DNA of 64,000 nt from the human T2T-CHM13v2.0 reference genome, Homo sapiens, in the NCBI RefSeq assembly GCF_009914755.1, contig NC_060931.1, one strand, 5' to 3'. Both the position numbers and the translations under genes were made by a program. Shown one piece after another: positions 56,703 to 64,000 of this stretch; the first letter of the stretch is position 1; every line of letters begins with the position of its first letter. The notes under the pieces were generated by a model. That model saw nothing but the letters and a program-made list of their open reading frames with translations. It was not told the origin of the DNA and did no database searches.

Positions 56703-56870
56703 TTTCCCTTCCTTCTTTCCTTCTTTCCTTCCTTCCTTCCTTCCTTCCTTCCTTCCTTCCTTCCTTCCTTCCTTCCTTCCTTTCTTCCTTCCTCCCTCCC
56801 TCCCTTCCCTCCGTCCCTCCCTCCCTCCTTCCTTCCTTCTTTCTTTCCTTCTTTCTTACTTCTTTCCTAT
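56703..56870 (+). repeat. (TTCC)n microsatellite
   Basis: Direct reading; adjoins an antisense Alu tail. Confidence 0.93.
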
Positions 56871-56999
56871 TTTTTTTTTTAGATGAAGTCTCACTCTGTC
56901 ACCCAGTCAGTGGAACGATCTCGGTTCGCTGCAACCTCCGCCTCCTGGGTTCAAGCGATTCTCATGCCTCAGTCTCCCAAGTAGCTGGGATTACAGGTG
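56870..56999 (-). mobile_element. Alu right-arm fragment
   Basis: AGTCTCACTCTGTCACCCAG...GCTGGGATTACAGG. Confidence 0.88.
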
Positions 57000-57025
57000 G
57001 CTTGCTTGCTTTCTTTCTCTTTTTT

Positions 57026-57089
<64 letters not shown>

Positions 57090-57132
57090 TTTTCTTTCTT
57101 TCTCTCTCTCTCTTCCTTCCTTTCTTTCTTTT

Positions 57133-57182
<50 letters not shown>

Positions 57183-57232
57183 TTCCTTCCTTCCTTCCTT
57201 CCTTCCTTCCTTCCTTCCTTCCTTCCTTCTTT

Positions 57233-57279
<47 letters not shown>

Positions 57280-57365
57280 CTTTCTTTCTCTTTCTTCCTT
57301 TCTTTTTCTTTCTTTCTTTCTTCCCTTCCTTCCTTCCTTCCTTCCTTTTCTTTCTTTCTTTTTTC
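57000..57365 (+). repeat. Compound (CTTT)n-(CCTT)n microsatellite
   Basis: About 365 bp with several perfect tetranucleotide blocks; expanded Alu tail. Confidence 0.95.
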
Positions 57366-57666
57366 TATTTTTTATTTTTTTTGAGACAGAGTCTTGCTCT
57401 GTCACCCAGGCTGGAGTCAGTAGCATGATCTTGGCTCACTGCAATCTCCACTTCCCGGGTGGGTTCAAGCAATTCTCATGCCTCAGCCTCCTGAGTAGTT
57501 GGGATTGCAGGTGCCTGGCACCACGCCTGGCTAATTTTTGTATTTTTAGTAGAGATGGAGTTTTGCCATATTGGCCAGGCTGGTCTTGAGCTCTTGACCT
57601 CAAGTGATCCGCCTGCCTTGGCCTCCCAAAGTGCTGAGATTACAGGCATGAGCCACTGTTCCCGGC
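57362..57666 (-). mobile_element. Alu (Sx/Sz-like)
   Basis: Full antisense dimer. Confidence 0.94.
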
Positions 57667-57727
57667 AGTTTTTCCATTTTCAACTAAGCTCTCCACCACA
57701 GTGGTGTTAGGCTTCATTGATTATCCA

Positions 57728-58097
57728 GTATAATCTTGCTCATGCTGCCTTAGCAAAATATTACAGACTAGATGGCTTCAATGACAGAAATTCATTTTAT
57801 CACAGTTATGGAGGCTGAAAGTCCCAGATCAAGGTGCCAGCAGGTTTGGTTTCTAGTGAAGTCTCTCTTGCTGGCTTTTAAACAGCTGCCTTCTGACTGT
57901 GGCCTTCCCTCTGTGTGCATGTTCTACTGGTGTCTCCTCTGCTTCTAAGGGCACTATGCCTCTTGGTTAGGGCCACACCCTTGAGACCTCATTTATCTTT
58001 AATTACCTCCTGTAAGGTCCTATTTCCAAATACCATCACACTGGGGATTAGGGCTTCCAAACATGAATTCTAGGGGGATGTGGTTCAGTCCATAGCA
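57728..58097 (-). mobile_element. MaLR LTR (MLT1A0-like)
   Basis: AGTCCCAGATCAAGGTGCCAGCAG; CCAAATACCATCACACTGGGG.TTAGGGCTTC; ends TTCAGTCCATAGCA. Confidence 0.85.
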
Positions 58098-58289
58098 CAC
58101 AGCAATCCTCTTCTAACTGGGAACCCTCCCAGAGGCAGGAGTTCCTTGGCTGGGATCTTACCTCATTGTCCTAGGCAAGTTGCTGCTAATGGGGTCACAA
58201 CAACCATGTGACAGCTTTGGTCAATACTAAAATAGGCAAAAAAGAAATTTCATTGGGATAGGCAAAAACATTAATTAGGCAAAAAATGT

Positions 58290-59047
58290 TAGGATGGTAG
58301 CTATCTTTTGGAGGGAGGACCAGAAGAGTAATGAGGCTTCTGAGAAGCTATTTTTTTGATCTGAGTGCTGGTTGCATGGCTGTGTTCAGTTTGTGAAAAT
58401 TCATCAACCTGTATAATTATGACATGTGTCTTCTGTGTGAGTGTTTGTTCTAGTCACCCAGTAATGGGTAACAAATCACTGCAAAACATGGTGGCTTAAA
58501 GCAACATTAACTTTTCTCATGAATCTGCAATTTGGGCAGAGCCTGGCAGGGATAACTTGTGTTCACTACATTCATCATCAGCTGGGGCCGCTGGAAGGCT
58601 GGGGGCTAGGATTATGTGAGGCTTTCTCACTTCCATGTCTTCCAATTGATGCTGGTTAAAATTGAATTGAAATGGTGCTAGCTTTGGGTGAAACTTTAGT
58701 TGGGGCTTTTGCCTGGAACACCTACATGAGGCCTCCTCATGTGGTCTGGGCTTCCCCACAACATGGCGACTGGTTTTTAAAGATGAGCATGGAGAGTCAG
58801 GTGGAAGCCATATTGTCTTTTATGACCTTGTCTCCAAGCTGTGTAGTGTCACTAGCCCTGAATTTTGTTCATCAAGACAGCCACAAACGCCCATCCAATT
58901 TCAAAGTGAGGAAAAAATTTACTCTATCTCTGGCTGGGGATTGGCAAAATTCTGAAAGACTACTGGGGACCAGATATATTGCTGTGGCAAATTTTGGAAA
59001 AAAAAATACATCATGCTGTAATGTTGTACTTTAATAAAATATTTAAA
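58290..59047 (+). mobile_element. L1ME-type 3' end, split by an MLT1 LTR
   Basis: TTGATCTGAGTGCTGGTT.CATGG.TGTGTTCAGTTTGTGAAAATTCATCAA; resumes TGTTGTACTTTAATAAAA. Confidence 0.65.
58446..59012 (-). mobile_element. MaLR LTR (MLT1F/H-like)
   Basis: GTGGCTTAAAGCAAC...CTCATGAATCTGCAATTTGGGCAG; GGGCTTCCCCACAACATGGCG; TTTTGGAAAA. Confidence 0.8.
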
Positions 59048-59915
59048 ATTGTAAGTACAATAAAATTGCAGAAAAATATAGTGGATTGTTTGGAAGAAAC
59101 AAGTGGAGACAAATGACAAACCAGGCCAAAATCAAAAAGTCTAAAATCATATCACATCTCTTTATCCACTCTTGATCTTCTAAAATCCTCCAACATTGTA
59201 AAAATCTTTGACATGTAACCATCTTACATGGAGTAAAATAGTAAACAAAAAGCCCTCAGCAACCCATATTGTGGCAGTAGGCAGGTTATTACATGGGGCT
59301 GGTTGAGACTTGTGTATTTTTTTTCCAGTCATTTGGAATCATAATAGAAAAAGAGAACATTATCTACAAAATAAGAGGCTGTAGTGTCCAGGAAATGGAG
59401 CATGAAAAGGATTTTGCTCTGATGTAGAGATTAGAAAGAACAGCCCATGTGAATTAGTAAATGGCAGGCAAATACAGTATATTCAAGTGTAACTTCAGTG
59501 CAATTTCAAAGGATTTGTTACATGAAGAACTAGAAATTCTCCAAAGCAATATTAAATACTGATTTTTTTTTTTCCAGAATGGAGCGGTGATTCCCTTGGA
59601 AGGATGTGAAAAGCTTTCCAATCTCGAGGTGATATCAGAGCTCTTTCCCATTGAAACACTTGGATGCTCTTTCTCCAGCTATCATGCTCTCTTTTTTCCA
59701 CTCAAGGTGATGCCTAAATGAACGTGTGTCCACCCTTACCCCATGACATCATCCAAAAGCCAATCCATCCATCTGTGCATTCAGGCTTAATACTGATGAC
59801 GCTCCATCTCCATTTTCAGAAACTTTCTTGGCTCCTTTTTGCTCAATTTTTGGCTTTTTCTGGGCTCCAGGCATGCATCATTGCACCTTCTGACTCTCCA
59901 TTTTGTTATGCATGA

Positions 59916-60305
<390 letters not shown>

Positions 60306-61922
60306 AAGAAATGGATTTCTTTTGCCCCATGATTTTGTATCCTTGGCCGCTTTAAATAATTCTATCGACACAAGGGCTGGTACTTGGATCCCATCCTTAA
60401 CATTCATCTGAAAGGTCTACAACCCTAACATGAGACAGCAGGACCATCTGGGGTTACAACTTGCTCAGACTGGTTATGAATAGGGTGTGCATTCTGGCTC
60501 AAGCAGTGTGGAAGCCACTCAGGATAACCACACTGCTGACATCTTCATAGGCACCTCATCATAACAAAATTTTAAAATTGAAATATAATTTTAATGATTT
60601 TCAGAAAAGAAGAGAATGCAGGTTCCCACAGATACTGCAAGCCCCCTCAAGCTTAGGCAGTGGCCCTAACTTAGATCTCTCTTCCTTCTAGATCAACACA
60701 GCTGGTAAGTTAGGTCTCAGCTCATGTAACACTTTCACTTCAACATCCCTAGGGCACAGTTTCTGGGTTCTCAGCTAATATTTGTTAAATGAATGAAAAA
60801 CTGTCTGTGTATCTCTTTTATCATCAAGTGATTCAGACCCCAAAGTTTTATACCCTCAGAAAAAAAGTCAAGCGTTGCCAAAATGGATTTATATTTGCAC
60901 TGTATTTTTCATTCCAATGGCAGCTCAAAGTACCATTTGGTGCTGTAAGCATGAATGAAAATTGTGCAGGGCTTCTCACGGGCAGAATAATAAGTCACAT
61001 CAGCTCTCCATCCAGACTGTATCCATCTGGGTCCTTCATCCTCATCTCCCAATAGCATCTACTCTTCTTACTCTGAAAAAGATGACAGCTATATTTGTGG
61101 TTCAGTTGAGTGAATTAGAGATAATTTCCCCTTTCTCTACACCAGCTGTTTTCTTAAGATCAAGAGGGTGGTAAATTCTCATTGTGTTCTCTTCTCAGCA
61201 CAAGAGCACCCAACCTCAGGATTAGTCTCTTCTGTTTAAGAAGAGCAATCATTTGCCACTTGACTTTTCACTTCCTTCTGTCAGAGGGGGTCAGTATTTT
61301 TTAAGCAACTGCGTGTCAATTGCTTCCCTGTCAGCATTTCATCATTACTAGGCTGACCTCTCCTTAAAGAGCCTTTCTACTTCAAAAACATAGAGATGTA
61401 TTTGAGAATGGGGTGAAGAAAGGCCATTGGAGGGATATATAATAAGGCATCATTAATGAATGCCAGTTAAAAAATCTAACACACATTTTTATCTTTGAGT
61501 TCTTAGGGAAACTTTGAAAAGTTACATTTGAATAAACAGCCCTTGGAAAGGAGCACAATTTAATTAATTCCTTAGACGTTTATTGTGAGCCTACAAAGGG
61601 TAAGACCCTGTCTGTCTTGATCCTGTCTTGCTCAGCAATGGAGGGTTCATAACGGCACCTGCCTGGTTGGAGAGAGGTTTAAGCAGATGACAAGGAGGAA
61701 GTGCCTGGTGCAGGATAAGGCCTCAGGAATGGCCCAGGTTGTCCCTGCTTGGAGCTTCAGGTAAATTACAATCTAGCAAAGAGGCAAAACAAAGCAAAAC
61801 AACAACAAAGATTTTGTCCTAAGGCAAACACATTTTGCCTTAAGACAAAATATTGGAAAATGCCATATGTCTTTTGTCTAAGGTCAAACCATGCCTTATG
61901 GGAGGGCAAAGGTAAGGGAGGT

Positions 61923-62285
61923 TGTACTAATCTGCTCTCACACTGCTAATAAGACATACCCGAGACTGGGTAATTTATAAAGGGAAGAGGCTTAATGGAC
62001 TCACAGTTCCATGTGGCTGGGGAGGCCTTGCAAACATGGCAGAAGATGAACGAAGAGCAAAGGTACTTCTTACATGGTGGTGGGCAAGAGCACATGTGCA
62101 GGGGAACTCCCCTTTATAAAACCATCAGGTCTCATCAGACTTATTCACTGTCATGAGAACAGCACAGGAATGACCCGTCCCCATGATTCAATTATGTCCC
62201 ACTGGGTCCCTCCCACAACATGTGGGAATTATGGGAGCTACAATTCAAGATGAGATTTGGGTGGGGACACAGACAAACCATATCA
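61923..62285 (-). mobile_element. THE1 (THE1C-like) solo MaLR LTR
   Basis: GACATACCCGAGACTGGGTAATTTATAAAG...GAGATTTGGGTGGGGACACAG..AAACCATATCA; 5-bp TSD GAGGT/CAGGT. Confidence 0.93.
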
Positions 62286-63269
62286 CAGGTTATCTGTGCA
62301 TCAGAGATTCTCCTCATGGCCAAGGTTATATTTGCTCTAGGTGTTGAAGAATAGGTAGAATTTCCATATGCGTGGATGTGAGTAGGATATTCTAGACTAT
62401 AAACAAAAAGTAGGGGTTTCAACCAGTGCCAACTGATACTTTATACTGCCTGGGCATGCCAGGAAAGGTGGAAGTCAATGCATTCCAAGGACTGAGGGGT
62501 TCCTGGGTGGTCTTTTATCTTAAGAGGTGAAGGAATGAGACATGGCGAGCCCTAACCATCCAGTTGGAGTCATGATGAGATCACAACTGCATAACTAGAA
62601 AGATTGGTCTGCAGGACCTATAAGAGATATTGAGTGGAGAGACTTAGGGTTGGGAAGGTGTAAGGAGGACATTGAGAAAGTTCAGGTCAGGGGTCATTAT
62701 GTCTTTGACTAGGGCTGTAACCAAGGAACTTGAACGTATGAAATAGTGGCTGTAGAACTTGCATGTAGGAGGTACTTGGGGCTGGCAATTGGCTTGGAGG
62801 GATGCCTAGAAGACTTGGCTTGAAATGGGTGTGCAGAGCCAGATCAGGGCTCTAACTCAGATTCAACATCTTGGTTATTTACAGAAGCTGTGTATGTGTA
62901 TGGCAGGGAGTGCTCATGGAGAGATAATGAGAGGTAGAGTAAATTACCCCCAAGATACACTTTTAGCATTTTCACTAGAAAAGAGGGTGGAGATGAGTTT
63001 GAAATCAAAATCGTTATCACCTTCAATGTCTTAATTAGGTTTCAGACTTCTCTTTCTTCCCTTGTAAAATGAGAAGAATCTAATGGATTTTATGCAATGT
63101 TACTTTAAACATTATGAATCTATGGATTTCATGCTTGTTTCCCTTGAGAGTCTGTCAATTCTGTGGTTTGATTTGTAAGAGTAGATCTTGCCAATTTTTG
63201 TCATTTTCATGGTTGCTACCAGAGGCTTCAGGAAGCCAGAGGATGGTTGTAGCTGTAGTTTTGAGGTGG

Positions 63270-63612
63270 TTTTTCTTTTCTTTTTTTAATTTTAATTTTA
63301 ATTTTATTTATTTATTTATTATTATTATTATTTTTGACATGAAGTCTTGCCCTGTCACCCAGGCTGGAGTACAACTGCGTGACCTCAGCTTAATGCAAAC
63401 TCTGCCTCCCGGGTTCAAGCAGTTCTCCTGCCTCGGCCTCCCAAATAGCTGGGACTACAGGAGCGTACAACCACGCCTGGCTAATTTTTTTATTTTTAGC
63501 AGAGATGGGGTTTCACCGTGTTAGCCAGGATGATCTCAATCTGACCTTGTGATCCGCCCACCTCAGCCTACCAAAGTGCTGGGATTACAGGCATGAGCCA
63601 CCGTACCTGGCC
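63270..63612 (-). mobile_element. Alu (Sc-like)
   Basis: CCGTGTTAGCCAGGATG; TSD TTTGAGGTGG. Confidence 0.94.
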
Positions 63613-63757
63613 GCTTTGAGGTGGATTTTCTAAGCATAACTTGCTGGGCTGTGCTTCCATAACCTCTATTTACACAGAATTTCTTCTATGTCCCTAAAAT
63701 TCCTGGTGTCTCTGTGGAATACATAGTCTGTTTTATATTCCAAATTAAATTAGAGTC

Positions 63758-64000
63758 TGCTGTGGTTTGAATATTTTTCCTTTCCAAAACTCATGTGAAA
63801 TGGAGACATTTAATTCCAGTGTGGCAGTATTGAGGGGAGGGGACCTTTAAGAGATGATTAAATCATAAGGGCTCTGCTCTCATGAACAGATCAATCAATT
63901 CATGGATTAATGGTTTAATGGGTCAATAGATTAATGGGTTATCATGGGAGAGGAACTGATGGCTTTATAAGAAGAGGAGGATGGGAGACCTGAGCTAGGA
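63758..64000 (+). mobile_element. MST-family MaLR LTR (MSTC-like), cut by window end
   Basis: TGCTGTGGTTTGAAT...CCAAAACTCATGT.GAAAT...CATGGATTAATGG..TAATGG repeats...GGCTTTATAAGAAGAGG. Confidence 0.85.

Noticed and set aside
56630-57589. Longest ORF (319 aa)
   Set aside because: Reads through TTCC/CTTT microsatellites and antisense Alus, which lack stop codons; F/L/S/P low-complexity product.

Overview
Primate (very probably human) non-coding genomic DNA. I find no supportable protein-coding gene, RNA gene, CpG island or CRISPR array. The longer ORFs in the track are translations of Alu, L1, LTR or microsatellite sequence, and the rest are short and unsupported. About 70 Alu elements or fragments (J, S and Y types, roughly 1 per kb) overlie older L1, L2, MIR, MaLR/ERV LTRs (MLT1, MST, THE1, MLT2A, MER4 group) and DNA-transposon relics (MADE1, MER1A, MER5A, MER44, MER58, Tigger2). 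Many insertions keep their target-site duplications (TSDs) and nest several layers deep. A few repeat-free islands rich in homeodomain, PBX-HOX, TCF, SOX and FOX motifs (best at 43.5-44.1 kb) look like developmental enhancers in a gene desert or large intron. The most unusual structure is three separate events in which about 90-110 bp of sequence just 5' of an Alu is re-copied on the Alu's 3' side: once directly (6968-7487) and twice inverted together with part of the Alu (12869-14271 and 40193-40954). Repeat subfamily names come from my memory of consensus sequences, boundaries are approximate unless a TSD is quoted, and nothing here demonstrates a new functional system.
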